In this document: piece by piece, positions 1-10,497 of the stretch | How the letters are laid out: the number at the start of each line of letters is the position of its first letter | How positions within the stretch are numbered: the first letter of the stretch is position 1 | Assembly (NCBI GenBank): GCA_037481815.1 | Contig: JBBFKX010000003.1 | Location: forward strand, 220,278 to 284,277 | Direction: 5' to 3' | Length of the DNA: 64,000 bases | DNA from: a candidate division WOR-3 bacterium | GTDB taxonomy: Bacteria > Hydrothermota > 32-111 | Translations under genes and position numbers: made by a program | Notes under the pieces: generated by a model | Database searches by the model: none | What the model was told of the DNA's origin: nothing | Seen by the model: only the letters and a program-made list of their open reading frames with translations

Positions 1-396
1 TGGATAAAAACTTCTGGAATTCTTGAACTCATAGAAAAGAGCGTTGATAATGGGTTCACAATTTTTATAACTTCAGATCATGGTTCAATAGTCGCAAAAG
101 ATCCTATAATTTTAAACACAGGAAAAGATGTTTCCATAAATTTAAAATATAAATTCGGTTCATCTATCTCCCCTCAGAGTAAAGATCTGCTTGTTATCGA
201 TAAACCCGATGAATTCGGTCTGCCCATTCAAAAACCAAACGATAAATGGTATATAACTTTTGGAAACGGATACTTTGTATATTCTACAAAGTTGAACCAA
301 TACAAAAAAGAATATTACAACACCTTTCAACATGGGGGTATATCGATGGAAGAGATGATTCTTCCAATAGGTATCATAGAAGGTAAATATGTATAA
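1..396 (+). CDS. porX: 3' part of a PglZ/alkaline-phosphatase-domain protein, PorX-like T9SS response regulator (partial, starts before the window)
   Basis: Frame 1 is open from base 1 to TAA at 394-396. It reads ...FITSDHGSI...YYNTFQHGGISMEEMILP, the TSDHG and QHGGIS.EEM motifs of the PorX/PglZ C-terminus. Not in the ORF track. Confidence 0.7.
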   Translation, partial: WIKTSGILELIEKSVDNGFTIFITSDHGSIVAKDPIILNTGKDVSINLKYKFGSSISPQSKDLLVIDKPDEFGLPIQKPNDKWYITFGNGYFVYSTKLNQYKKEYYNTFQHGGISMEEMILPIGIIEGKYV

Positions 397-715
397 GGTT
401 ATACTTTACATTAAAAATTTCCCGGTCTTCCTCGGGGTATATGAAGTTGAGAAGAAGAAAAAAAATCTTGTTGATATTCTGCTGGAGTATGAAGAAAAAG
501 AATTCATAGATTATTTTGAAGTTTACGATACTGTTGAAACTCTGTTAAAAAACAATAAATTTTCACTCATTGAGGAAATGATCGAATATCTTGAAAAAGG
601 GTTGAAAAAATTTTTCAAAGATAAAAACTCTTTCAGGTTGGTTGTTAAGAAAAATAAACCTTATAGAATGAAATACTGTTCTTATGTGGAGATGGAAAAA
701 TGCAAAAAGATATGA
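389..715 (+). CDS. folB: Divergent dihydroneopterin aldolase
   Basis: 108 aa with a LGVYEVEK / IDYFEV / FSLIEEM / VVKKNKP pattern matching FolB; directly upstream of folK. Confidence 0.6.
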   Translation: MYKVILYIKNFPVFLGVYEVEKKKKNLVDILLEYEEKEFIDYFEVYDTVETLLKNNKFSLIEEMIEYLEKGLKKFFKDKNSFRLVVKKNKPYRMKYCSYVEMEKCKKI

Positions 716-1218
716 TTCTTCTATGTCTTGGTTCGAATATAGGTGATAGGGAAAAAAATATCTCTGATGCTATAAAACTGATCAAACTTAACAACATAAA
801 AATCACAGGTTTTTCGAAATTGTACAACACTGAACCTGTTGACTATGAAAACCAGAACGATTTTCTAAACATAATACTAAAAGTATCAACCGATTTTTCA
901 CCAGATGAACTTTTAAGGGTTGTAAAAAGGATAGAATATCTTATCGGAAGAAGAGAATCAAAAATAAAAAAGGGTCCGAGAATAATTGATATTGATATAT
1001 TGTTTTACAATGATATAATAATTAATAGTGAGGAGTTGACAATCCCTCACAAAAGTGTTTTGGATAGATATTTTATAATAAAACTTTTGATGGACATCGA
1101 TCCTGAATTTTTAATGCCAAAGTTTAACATAAAAGTGAAGGATGTTTATCAAAAGATTGATAAAAGTAAGAGAGTTGAAGAGTATAACATGAAAAGTTTA
1201 AAAGGAGTTTTATTTTGA
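700..1218 (+). CDS. folK: 2-amino-4-hydroxy-6-hydroxymethyldihydropteridine diphosphokinase
   Basis: LCLGSNIGDR, QNDFLN, GPRIIDIDIL and LTIPH motifs. Confidence 0.95.
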   Translation: MQKDMILLCLGSNIGDREKNISDAIKLIKLNNIKITGFSKLYNTEPVDYENQNDFLNIILKVSTDFSPDELLRVVKRIEYLIGRRESKIKKGPRIIDIDILFYNDIIINSEELTIPHKSVLDRYFIIKLLMDIDPEFLMPKFNIKVKDVYQKIDKSKRVEEYNMKSLKGVLF

Positions 1219-1856
1219 CAAACTCTTACAAGTTTATCAGTGTTGAAGGTGTCATAGGAGTTGGAAAAACAACTCTTGCAACAAGGCTGGCAAAGCATTA
1301 CAATGCTGAGATAATTCTTGAACCTGTTGAAGAAAATCCGTTTCTTGAAAACTTTTATAAAAATGTCAAACATTATGCATTCCAGACACAGATCTATTTT
1401 CTTTTTGCAAGATACAAACAACTCCAAAAACTGAAACAGACAAGGATGTTTTATGATATGGTGATAAGCGATTATATTTTTGAAAAGGATAGGATTTTTG
1501 CCAATTTAAACCTTGACGATAATGAACTCATACTTTATGAACATATAATAAAATTCATTGAACCCGAGATTCCCAAACCAGATCTCGTAATTTTTCTTCA
1601 GGCATCATGTGAAACAATAATGGAAAGGATAAAGAAGAGAAATAGAACATTTGAACAGGATATAAGTTACGATTATATAAATCAACTCTCGAAAAATTAC
1701 TCGAACTTCTTCATGATGTATAAGGATGCCCCGGTACTCATGGTCAATGTTGATGATGTCGATCTATCAAAAGACCAAGCATCGATCGCTCAAATCATTC
1801 AGGAGATTGAGAAACCTTTTAAAGGGTTGAAGTTTTTAAAACCAATATCAGTATGA
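1215..1856 (+). CDS. Deoxynucleoside kinase (dCK/dGK family)
   Basis: P-loop EGVIGVGKTT, ENPFLENFY, PDLVIFLQA, RIKKRNRTFE. Confidence 0.9.
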   Translation: MTNSYKFISVEGVIGVGKTTLATRLAKHYNAEIILEPVEENPFLENFYKNVKHYAFQTQIYFLFARYKQLQKLKQTRMFYDMVISDYIFEKDRIFANLNLDDNELILYEHIIKFIEPEIPKPDLVIFLQASCETIMERIKKRNRTFEQDISYDYINQLSKNYSNFFMMYKDAPVLMVNVDDVDLSKDQASIAQIIQEIEKPFKGLKFLKPISV

Positions 1857-2695
1857 AACTTTTTTCTAAAATACCTCAACTAAAAAAAGAAATAACAAAA
1901 ATAAGAGAGAAAAACAAATGTATAGGTTTTGTTCCAACGATGGGATATCTTCATGAAGGACACATCTCACTAGTAAAAAGAGCAAAAAAGGAAAACGATG
2001 TTGTTGTTGTATCAATATATGTTAACCCTCTCCAATTTGGAGTCAATGAAGATTATGGCAGATATCCAAGAGATATCGAAAGGGATAAAAAAATATTGAA
2101 AGAGAATGGTTGTGATATTCTTTTCTTTCCTTCCGATCAAGAAATGTATCATAACCAGCTCGTTTCAGTTAAGATAAAGGAACTTTCTGAAAAATTGTGT
2201 GGTATATCAAGACCAACACATTTTGAAGGTGTTTTAACTGTTGTGGCAAAACTTTTCAACATTGTTTGCCCTGACAAAGCATATTTTGGAGAAAAAGATT
2301 TTCAACAGTACCTTATAATAAAAAAGATGGTAGAAGATTTAAACTTTAATTTAAAAGTTATTCCCTGCCCCATAGTAAGAGAAAAAGATGGTCTTGCGAT
2401 GAGTTCAAGGAACTCCTATCTTTCAGAAGATGAGAGAAAAAGGGCTACGGTTCTTTTTAAATCTTTAAATCTTGGAAAAGAGATTTTAGAAAAAGAAAAG
2501 GATATAAAAAAAGCAAAAGAACGAATTAGAGAACTTATTGAAAATGAAAAACCAGATAAGATAGATTACATTGAAATATACGATGAAAATGGTTTGAAAG
2601 ATGTAACAGAAGATACAAAATATTGCAGAATATTTCTTGCAGTTTTTTTTGGAAAAACACGACTTATAGATAACATAAGGGTAAAATTGAGATGA
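1853..2695 (+). CDS. panC: Pantoate--beta-alanine ligase
   Basis: VPTMGYLHEGH, FGEKDFQQ, GLAMSSRN, RLIDN. Confidence 0.97.
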   Translation: MKLFSKIPQLKKEITKIREKNKCIGFVPTMGYLHEGHISLVKRAKKENDVVVVSIYVNPLQFGVNEDYGRYPRDIERDKKILKENGCDILFFPSDQEMYHNQLVSVKIKELSEKLCGISRPTHFEGVLTVVAKLFNIVCPDKAYFGEKDFQQYLIIKKMVEDLNFNLKVIPCPIVREKDGLAMSSRNSYLSEDERKRATVLFKSLNLGKEILEKEKDIKKAKERIRELIENEKPDKIDYIEIYDENGLKDVTEDTKYCRIFLAVFFGKTRLIDNIRVKLR

Positions 2696-3651
2696 AAGAA
2701 AAAACCAACATATTGATTCTCGCAGCTGGACTCGGGAAAAGGATGAAATCGGATAAGCCAAAAGTCCTTTTTGATCTTCTTGGTAAACCTATTCTTGGTT
2801 ATATTCTTGAAACTGTAGAAAAAATAAAAAATGAAAAGGTTGTTGTTCTTGTAGGTAACAGATCAGAACTTGTGACAGAATTTTTAAAAGACAAAAAGGT
2901 TGAGATAGCATATCAAAAAGAACAACTTGGAACCGGACACGCTGTTATGTGTGCTTTTGATAGATTCGATCAGAATTCAAACATAGTTGTTCTCGCTGGT
3001 GATGTTCCCCTAATAACAGCGGAAACAATTTCAAAAATGCTGGATAAACACATTAAAGAGAAAAACGAAATAACTTTTCTGACAATGGAACTTGAAAATC
3101 CTTCAGGTTACGGAAGAGTTGTAAAAGAAAAAAATCGAAAAGTCAAAATGATCGTTGAGGATAAGGACTGTAATCAAAATCAAAAAAAGATAAAAGAGGT
3201 AAATTCTGGTGTATATGTTTTTAAACATGACTTTCTAAAAAAGTACCTTAAAAAACTTTCCAACGATAACAGTCAAAAGGAGTACTATCTTACGGATCTT
3301 ATAAAGATAGGTTATAAGGAAAAAGTAAAAGTAGGCACAATAAAACTTGAAAATGTGTTGGAGGTTTCTGGAATAAATGACAGGGAACAGTTGTCTCAGA
3401 TCGAAACTCTGATTTTAAATAAAAAAATCTCTACGGCACTTAAAGAAGGAGTTACTATAAAATCTCCACACACCTGTTATATGGAATACGATGTTGTTTT
3501 TGAAAACGATGTTATAATCGAACCATTCGTTGTGATAAAGGGAAAATCCATCATAAGAAAAGGAACAAGAATTTCATCCTTTTCAACACTTGAAAATTAT
3601 GAAACAAGAGAAGGCGAGTTCATTCCTCCATTTTCAAATTTAAAAGGATGA
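2692..3651 (+). CDS. glmU: GlmU-like N-acetylglucosamine-1-phosphate uridyltransferase lacking most of the acetyltransferase domain
   Basis: ILAAGLGKRMKS, QLGTGHAV, GYGRV, EVNSG, EYYLTD, GINDR; only 319 aa. Confidence 0.85.
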   Translation: MKEKTNILILAAGLGKRMKSDKPKVLFDLLGKPILGYILETVEKIKNEKVVVLVGNRSELVTEFLKDKKVEIAYQKEQLGTGHAVMCAFDRFDQNSNIVVLAGDVPLITAETISKMLDKHIKEKNEITFLTMELENPSGYGRVVKEKNRKVKMIVEDKDCNQNQKKIKEVNSGVYVFKHDFLKKYLKKLSNDNSQKEYYLTDLIKIGYKEKVKVGTIKLENVLEVSGINDREQLSQIETLILNKKISTALKEGVTIKSPHTCYMEYDVVFENDVIIEPFVVIKGKSIIRKGTRISSFSTLENYETREGEFIPPFSNLKG

Positions 3652-4058
3652 AAAAATTTTTTATAATCTCTGTTTTTGCTCTGATTGTTTTCTTGGTGTG
3701 TTTAATTTATTTTTTGATTTTTGAAAAAGAAAAGTATATAATTAAAGTTGAGATTTTAAATACCACAGACAAAAAAGATATAGGTTATAAATTTGCAGAA
3801 ATTTTAAAGAAAAAAAACTATGAAGTTTTTTCGGTTGAAATGCTGGAAACAGAAAATCTAGACAATACATGTATAGTTGACAGAAAAACTAAAAATATGA
3901 AATATGCGAAAAATGTCGCAAGAGTTTTCAAGTGTAACAATATTTTTTCCATCGTTGATTCAACGTTCAACATAGATGTGACAATAATAATTGGAAAAGA
4001 TTATGAAAACATATTAAAAAGGAGTGTTTTTGGAAAAAAAGGTAAAAATGATCGTTGA
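3648..4058 (+). CDS. LytR C-terminal domain membrane protein
   Basis: N-terminal TM, VEILN...DVTIIIGKDY; usual position before rsfS. Confidence 0.75.
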   Translation: MKKFFIISVFALIVFLVCLIYFLIFEKEKYIIKVEILNTTDKKDIGYKFAEILKKKNYEVFSVEMLETENLDNTCIVDRKTKNMKYAKNVARVFKCNNIFSIVDSTFNIDVTIIIGKDYENILKRSVFGKKGKNDR

Positions 4059-4377
4059 TGCAATACTTGAGAAAAAAGGGTTGAACACCGTTGTAATAGA
4101 TCTAACAGAGATTTCAACTTTTACAGATTATTTCATAATAACAACAGGTATCTCTTCTGTACAAACAAACGCAATCAAAGAAAACATATACAGAAAACTG
4201 AAAAAACTTTATAAAAATGTAAACATTGAAGGTGAGAGTGCTGGTGTCTGGATTCTTATGGATTATGGAGATGTTGTCGTTCATATTTTTCAACAGGAGG
4301 AAAGAGAGAGGTACTCTCTCGAATCACTATGGGCAGATGGAAAGATAACACACATAGGTGATGATAATGCTGGTTAA
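4024..4377 (+). CDS. rsfS: Ribosome silencing factor
   Basis: TDYFIITTG, WILMDYGDVVVHIF, RERYSLESLW. The start may be TTG at 4030. Confidence 0.95.
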   Translation: MFLEKKVKMIVDAILEKKGLNTVVIDLTEISTFTDYFIITTGISSVQTNAIKENIYRKLKKLYKNVNIEGESAGVWILMDYGDVVVHIFQQEERERYSLESLWADGKITHIGDDNAG

Positions 4378-5992
4378 AACTTTTCTAGATGATCTTAAAA
4401 AAATAGTTGAAAACGAATTTTCCGTAGAATTTTCTTTTAAAGATTATGAGTTGGTTTCCTTTACAGATTTTGGAGATCTTTCTACAAACATTTCTTTTCA
4501 ACTTTCAAAAAAGATCAAAAAAAATCCTCTGGAAATATCCAAAACCATTTCAGAAAAACTTGGAAAAGAAAATAATTATAGAACTGAAATAGTTTCTCCA
4601 GGTTTTATAAATATATTTTTCGATGATAAACAAATTTTTCAAGAATGCAAAACAATCGCAACCGATAAATCATATGGAAAAAAAGAACCGACCAACAAAA
4701 AGGTCAACATAGAGTTTATAAGTGCAAACCCAACAGGCCCGCTTGTTCTTGTAAATTTAAGAGCTGGAGTCGCGGGAAATATGCTTTCAAATGTTCTAAA
4801 ATACTCCGGGTTTGATGTTGAAAAAGAAAATTATATAAATGATTCTGGCAACCAGATATACAATCTTGGGGCTTCGATACTTTATCACATTTCTAAAAAT
4901 AAACCTGAAAACTTTCCTGAAAATGGATACAGAGGAAATTACATAAAGGATATATCTGAAAAACTCAAACAAATGATAGGTGAACCTGATTACAACGATG
5001 AGAACATAAAAATCGCTTCAGAATATGGGAAAGAGTTTATATTAAACTGGCAAAAAGATTCGTTGAAAAAATATTCTATCGAATTTGATAACTGGATACA
5101 TGAATCGGATATCAGAAAAAAGTATTTGGAAACTGTTTTAAAAAAATTATCAGAAAAAGGTTACACATACACCAGGGATAATGCTTTATATCTAAAAACA
5201 ACAATTTTTGGAGACGATAAGGATAGAGTAATAGTAAAATCTGATGGAGAATTCACCTATTTTTTACCTGATATTGCATACCATTTTTATAAAATCGAAA
5301 GAGGTTTTAATAAAATCATAGACATTCTTGGACCTGATCACCATGGATATGTTCCAAGATTGAAATCAGCGATAAATATGATTTCTGACAGGGAAGTTGA
5401 ATTCGATGTCATAATAGCGCAACTCGTTACGATATTAAAAGATGGAAAAAAGTATGAGATGTCAAAACGAACAGGTGAATTTATAACACTTGATGAACTT
5501 TCCGAAGAGATAGATACCGATGTTTTAAAATTCATGATCCTTTCCAGAAAACTATCCCAGCCGTTCAATTTTGATATAGAAAAAGCAAAAGAGAAAAGTA
5601 TGGATAATCCTGTGTATTATGTTCAATACTGTTATGCGAGGTTATCATCCCTTTTTGATAAAGCAAATTTAAAAGAAAATGAAATAGTTTTTGATTTTGA
5701 AAATTTTGAGAATAAAAATTTAAGAGATATCGCAAAAAAACTTTTAGAGTTTCCATATGTTGTTTACAATACCGCTTTTTCTTATGAGTTGCAAAAAATT
5801 CCAAATTATCTTATAGAACTTTCCTCTTTGATTCACCAGTTTTACCATGATTACAGAATAATTGATATGAACGATAAAAAAGAAATGTTAAAAAAAATAT
5901 CAGTTCTATTTTCAGCAAGAGAAATAATAAAAATCGGACTATCCCTTATGGGAATAACAATCAAAGAAAGGATGTATAAAGATGAAGTATAA
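4367..5992 (+). CDS. argS: Arginine--tRNA ligase
   Basis: FGDLSTN, EFISANPTGP, GDDKDRV, GPDHHGY, MSKRTG, NPVYYVQY. The HIGH motif is atypical. Confidence 0.95.
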   Translation: MLVKTFLDDLKKIVENEFSVEFSFKDYELVSFTDFGDLSTNISFQLSKKIKKNPLEISKTISEKLGKENNYRTEIVSPGFINIFFDDKQIFQECKTIATDKSYGKKEPTNKKVNIEFISANPTGPLVLVNLRAGVAGNMLSNVLKYSGFDVEKENYINDSGNQIYNLGASILYHISKNKPENFPENGYRGNYIKDISEKLKQMIGEPDYNDENIKIASEYGKEFILNWQKDSLKKYSIEFDNWIHESDIRKKYLETVLKKLSEKGYTYTRDNALYLKTTIFGDDKDRVIVKSDGEFTYFLPDIAYHFYKIERGFNKIIDILGPDHHGYVPRLKSAINMISDREVEFDVIIAQLVTILKDGKKYEMSKRTGEFITLDELSEEIDTDVLKFMILSRKLSQPFNFDIEKAKEKSMDNPVYYVQYCYARLSSLFDKANLKENEIVFDFENFENKNLRDIAKKLLEFPYVVYNTAFSYELQKIPNYLIELSSLIHQFYHDYRIIDMNDKKEMLKKISVLFSAREIIKIGLSLMGITIKERMYKDEV

Positions 5993-7007
5993 AGATTCTG
6001 GTGTTAACATCAATCAGGCAAATGAAACTGTAAATGACATAAAAAATCTTGTAAAATCAACCTATTCCAGACAGGTGCTTTCAGATATTGGAACTTTTGG
6101 AAGTATGTATTCGGGGAAATTTGCAGGATATAAAAATCCAGTATTGGTATCATCATGTGATGGTGTTGGAACAAAAGTTCTAATTGCAGAACAGGTAAAC
6201 TTTTTTGATAACCTTGGAGAGGATATCGTCAACCATTCCGTAAACGATATTCTTGCTGTTGGAGCAAAACCTCTGTATTTTCTTGATTACATTGGAATGG
6301 GAAAACTTGATAGAAAAATTGTAAACAGGATAATCGCCTCAATGGTTTCTGCATGCAAAAAAAATTCTCTTTCCCTTGTTGGAGGAGAACTTGCTGAGAT
6401 GTCTGATGTTTATAACTTCACACATTACGATATCGTAGGGTTCATAGTTGGAATATGTGAAAAGGATAAACTCATAACAGGAAAAAAGATAAAAACCGGT
6501 GATCAGATTTTTGGACTTTTTTCAGACGGGTTTCATACAAACGGTTATTCTTTGATAAGAAGGATAATAAAAGAAAAAAATTTAGATTTAAAAAAACCTC
6601 TTAATAACTCAAAAGAACCTCTATTCAAAGAACTCTTAAAACCACATAGATCTTACTTCAAAGAAGTTTATCCTCTAATTGAACATAAGAAAGTTAAAGG
6701 AATATCCCACATTACAGGTGGTGGTTTTAAAGATAACATCAAAAGGATTCTGCCTGAAAAAGTCGATGCTCTTATAGATACCTCTTCATGGGAAGTCCCA
6801 AAACTCTTTAAAAATTTCTGTGAACTTGGAAATATAGAATTTGAAGAAGCATACAGAGTGTTTAACATGGGTATTGGAATCGTATTGATAGTTGATAAAA
6901 AAGATGTTTTGGATGTTGAAAATTTCTTTAAAAAAATTAAAATAGAATATAGAAAGATTGGAAAAATAGTATCAGGTAGTGGAAATGTTTCTCTTGTAAG
7001 AAAATAA
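5982..7007 (+). CDS. purM: Phosphoribosylformylglycinamidine cyclo-ligase
   Basis: YKDSGVNI, DGVGTK, GGELAEM, HITGGG, FNMGIG. Confidence 0.97.
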   Translation: MKYKDSGVNINQANETVNDIKNLVKSTYSRQVLSDIGTFGSMYSGKFAGYKNPVLVSSCDGVGTKVLIAEQVNFFDNLGEDIVNHSVNDILAVGAKPLYFLDYIGMGKLDRKIVNRIIASMVSACKKNSLSLVGGELAEMSDVYNFTHYDIVGFIVGICEKDKLITGKKIKTGDQIFGLFSDGFHTNGYSLIRRIIKEKNLDLKKPLNNSKEPLFKELLKPHRSYFKEVYPLIEHKKVKGISHITGGGFKDNIKRILPEKVDALIDTSSWEVPKLFKNFCELGNIEFEEAYRVFNMGIGIVLIVDKKDVLDVENFFKKIKIEYRKIGKIVSGSGNVSLVRK

Positions 7008-7016
7008 GGAGGTCAG

Positions 7017-7427
7017 ATGAAGGATGATCCTTTCAATGAAAAATTGGACAGTTTAATAGATGATTTTTTCGGATTTTCAAGGGTTGTTTCCTATAGAAGG
7101 ACTCATCTTATACCCCCTGCAGACATATATGAGGTGAAGGATAGATTTATAATAGTTGTCGAAATACCTGGTGTTGAAAAAAAAGATATTTCTCTCACGG
7201 TAAGTGATGATATTTTAATCTTAAAAGGTGAAAAGAAAAGAAAGTCGTTCATAGAAAACGACATCTGTTATTACCACATGGAAATAGAGTATGGTCCATT
7301 TGAAAGAAGGTTTAAAATCCCTTCAAACAGTGATATAGATAATATGGAAGTAGAGTACAACAACGGATTTTTAAGAATCGAGATTCCTCTCGTTTATAAA
7401 AAGATCAAAAAAATTACCATTGAATAG
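7017..7427 (+). CDS. Hsp20/alpha-crystallin small heat-shock protein
   Basis: PPADIYE, EIPGVEKKDI, YGPFERRF, YNNGFLRI; precedes lon. Confidence 0.92.
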   Translation: MKDDPFNEKLDSLIDDFFGFSRVVSYRRTHLIPPADIYEVKDRFIIVVEIPGVEKKDISLTVSDDILILKGEKKRKSFIENDICYYHMEIEYGPFERRFKIPSNSDIDNMEVEYNNGFLRIEIPLVYKKIKKITIE

Positions 7428-7439
7428 AAAGGATCGACT

Positions 7440-9830
7440 ATGGATGAAAATATAAAAAATGTTGAAAACAGTGAACAACAGGTTAATGAAGAAAATAGAG
7501 AACTACCCGAAATTTTACCATTACTTGTCAGAAACGATGTTATAATCTATCCTCTTTTGATTCTACCTGTAGCAGTAAACGAGCCAAATCAGATAAAACT
7601 CATAGATGATGCGTTATCACAAAACAAACTCATATTTTTAGGATACACGAAAAAAGAAAACCTTTCAAACCTGACAACAAAAGAGATTGAAGAGTTCGGT
7701 GTTATAGCGAATATAATGAAGATGCTCAGATTTCCAGATGGTTCTGTCAGAATACTTCTACAGGGAATGAAAAGAGCAAAAATAGAAGAAATATTAACAA
7801 ATGATAAACCATACTTTCTGGTAAAATATAAACAGATCGAGGAAGTTGAAAGTACAACTATAACTTATCAGGCACTCATAAGAAATTTAAAGGAGCAGTT
7901 CAAAAACTATATCAAACTCTCACAACAGTTTCCAGAAGAAATTTTTCAAATACTTGATAGTATTCAGGAAGGATGGAAACTTGCCGATTTTATCGCTTCA
8001 AACCTTCCTATCGATGTGAATACAAGGTATGAGATCCTAACGATAAAAAATTCCACTAAAAGGATGGAAAGGATCAGTGAGATACTTGCAAAAGAGACAT
8101 CGATAATTGAACTTGGTCAGAAGATCAAATCAAAGGTAACAAGTGAAATCAATGAGGATCAGAAAAAATTTTTCCTGCGGGAACAGTTGAAGGCGATAAA
8201 AGAGGAACTTGGTGAGGAAGATCCAAAAGATAAAGAGATAAACGAGTTGAGAGAGAAGTTAAAGAAAAAGAAGATGCCACAAAATGTTGTCGAAACTGTT
8301 GAAAAGGAGATCGAAAAACTTGAAATGATGAACCCCATGATGCCTGATTACAATGTTTCAAGAACATATATCGACTGGATACTTGAACTGCCCTGGAACG
8401 AATACTCCAAAGATAACCTTGATATAAAAAGAGCGGAAAAAATTTTGAATGAAGATCATTATGATCTTGAAAAAGTCAAAGAAAGGATACTTGAATACCT
8501 TGCTGTGAGAAAACTGAAAAACGATTCAAAAGGACCAATCCTCTGTTTTGTTGGACCACCAGGTGTAGGAAAAACTTCTCTTGGGAAATCTATTGCAAGA
8601 GCACTCGGAAGAAGTTTTGTAAGGATCTCCCTTGGTGGAATCCATGATGAAGCGGAAATAAGAGGTCATCGAAGGACCTATGTGGGGGCATTACCTGGAA
8701 GGATAATACAGGAAATAAAAAAAGCAAAAACTTCCAATCCAGTTTTTATGCTTGATGAAATAGACAAGATAGGTTCAGACTTTAGAGGTGATCCATCAAG
8801 TGCATTGCTTGAAGTTCTTGATCCGATGCAGAACGATACTTTTCAGGATCATTATCTTGATCTTGCTTATGACCTTTCACAGGTGATGTTCATAACTACA
8901 GCAAATGTTCTTTACACGATTCCACCAGCACTTCTCGATAGAATGGAGGTTATAGAACTTCCAGGTTATACGATAAACGATAAAATTTTTATCGCAAAAA
9001 GATACCTTTTACCACGACAGATAGAAGAGAACGGTTTAACGAAGGAAAATCTGACAGTAACGGATGAAGGATTGAAAGAGATAATCGATGGTTACACGAG
9101 AGAAGCGGGTGTGAGAAATCTTGAAAGAACCATAGGGAGTATATGCAGAAAAGTTGCCAAGAAAATAGCTGAAAACAAAAACAAAAAATTTCGTATAGAC
9201 CAGAACAATGTAAAGGACTATTTAGGTAAAAGAAAATTTTTGTCGGATAAAGCAGAAAAGAAATCAGAAATAGGCATAACGACAGGAATGGCATGGACTC
9301 CAAACGGAGGAGAGATACTTTTTGTTGAAGCGATAAAGATGATTGGAAAAGGTAACCTTATTCTAACAGGTCAACTCGGTGAAGTTATGAAGGAGAGTGC
9401 AAGGGCTGCTTTATCATACATCAAAGCCAATTACAAAAAATTTAAAATAAAACCAGAGGATTTTGAAAAGTATGATCTTCATATTCATCTGCCAGAAGGT
9501 GCTATTCCAAAGGATGGACCATCCGCTGGAATCACACTTGCAACATCTATCGTTTCTATCCTATCAGAGATACCGGTAAGAAGTGATATCGCAATGACAG
9601 GAGAGATAACACTGAGAGGAAAAGTTCTACCTATCGGAGGAGTCAAAGAAAAGATCATCGGTGCGAAACTTGCTGGTATAAAAAACATAATATTACCTGA
9701 ATTCAACAGAAGGGATCTTGATGAGATCTCAAAGGATACATTGAAAGGTTTAAAATTCTATTTTGTGAAAAATTTTGATCAGGTCATAGATTTAGCACTC
9801 GATAAGAATACAAAAAAGAGGAAAAAATGA
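7440..9830 (+). CDS. lon: ATP-dependent Lon protease
   Basis: GPPGVGKTS, GHRRTYVGA, LDEIDK, PKDGPSAG, GGVKEK. Confidence 0.98.
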   Translation: MDENIKNVENSEQQVNEENRELPEILPLLVRNDVIIYPLLILPVAVNEPNQIKLIDDALSQNKLIFLGYTKKENLSNLTTKEIEEFGVIANIMKMLRFPDGSVRILLQGMKRAKIEEILTNDKPYFLVKYKQIEEVESTTITYQALIRNLKEQFKNYIKLSQQFPEEIFQILDSIQEGWKLADFIASNLPIDVNTRYEILTIKNSTKRMERISEILAKETSIIELGQKIKSKVTSEINEDQKKFFLREQLKAIKEELGEEDPKDKEINELREKLKKKKMPQNVVETVEKEIEKLEMMNPMMPDYNVSRTYIDWILELPWNEYSKDNLDIKRAEKILNEDHYDLEKVKERILEYLAVRKLKNDSKGPILCFVGPPGVGKTSLGKSIARALGRSFVRISLGGIHDEAEIRGHRRTYVGALPGRIIQEIKKAKTSNPVFMLDEIDKIGSDFRGDPSSALLEVLDPMQNDTFQDHYLDLAYDLSQVMFITTANVLYTIPPALLDRMEVIELPGYTINDKIFIAKRYLLPRQIEENGLTKENLTVTDEGLKEIIDGYTREAGVRNLERTIGSICRKVAKKIAENKNKKFRIDQNNVKDYLGKRKFLSDKAEKKSEIGITTGMAWTPNGGEILFVEAIKMIGKGNLILTGQLGEVMKESARAALSYIKANYKKFKIKPEDFEKYDLHIHLPEGAIPKDGPSAGITLATSIVSILSEIPVRSDIAMTGEITLRGKVLPIGGVKEKIIGAKLAGIKNIILPEFNRRDLDEISKDTLKGLKFYFVKNFDQVIDLALDKNTKKRKK

Positions 9831-10489
9831 AAAAATTTTTTGTTATTTTCATTTTGCTTGTTTCACTTACACTTTTTTCTGATCCAAAGGAGGAATCTCT
9901 AAAAATTCTAAACTCTTTCAAATCGATTCTTGATACCACTACAACATATACCTGTATTCTTCATGAGTATGTGAAATCAAACAACAAATCAACAGACAAC
10001 TATTGGGATTACAAATTTTTAAAACCGAAGTATATCAGAATGGAGTCAATAAAAGGTGACCGACTTGGCAGCAAAGCATTCTTTGATTGTAAAACTCAAA
10101 AGGTAACCGGAAGGCAGGGTGGAATACTTTCAAAAATAAAATTGACTTTGGATCTTTCGAACTCTCTTGTAAAAAATATAAGAGGTATCACCATTGCAGA
10201 ATCAGATTGGCCTTATGTTTTGAACAGAACTTTTGATATACTCGATGATAACGGTGTCGAAATTTTTACAGGTGAAGCAAAGTTCAAAGGTGTTAAAACA
10301 AATTTTATACACATAAAAAACATAAACCTTGAAAAGTACAGATTCGATGAAACAAAGATGTTTTTTGATGAAAATAATCTTTTGATAGGTTTTTACAATT
10401 TTGAAAAGGGTGATGTTGTTGAGGATATCCACTACCAGAATATAAAAATAAATCCACCTCTTACAATGGATAGTATGTATGTAAAATAG
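9827..10489 (+). CDS. Exported protein, possibly LolA-like/DUF1571 fold
   Basis: Signal peptide and beta-rich sequence ending YQNIKINPPLT; family assignment tentative. Confidence 0.45.
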   Translation: MKKFFVIFILLVSLTLFSDPKEESLKILNSFKSILDTTTTYTCILHEYVKSNNKSTDNYWDYKFLKPKYIRMESIKGDRLGSKAFFDCKTQKVTGRQGGILSKIKLTLDLSNSLVKNIRGITIAESDWPYVLNRTFDILDDNGVEIFTGEAKFKGVKTNFIHIKNINLEKYRFDETKMFFDENNLLIGFYNFEKGDVVEDIHYQNIKINPPLTMDSMYVK

Positions 10490-10497
10490 GAGGTAAT

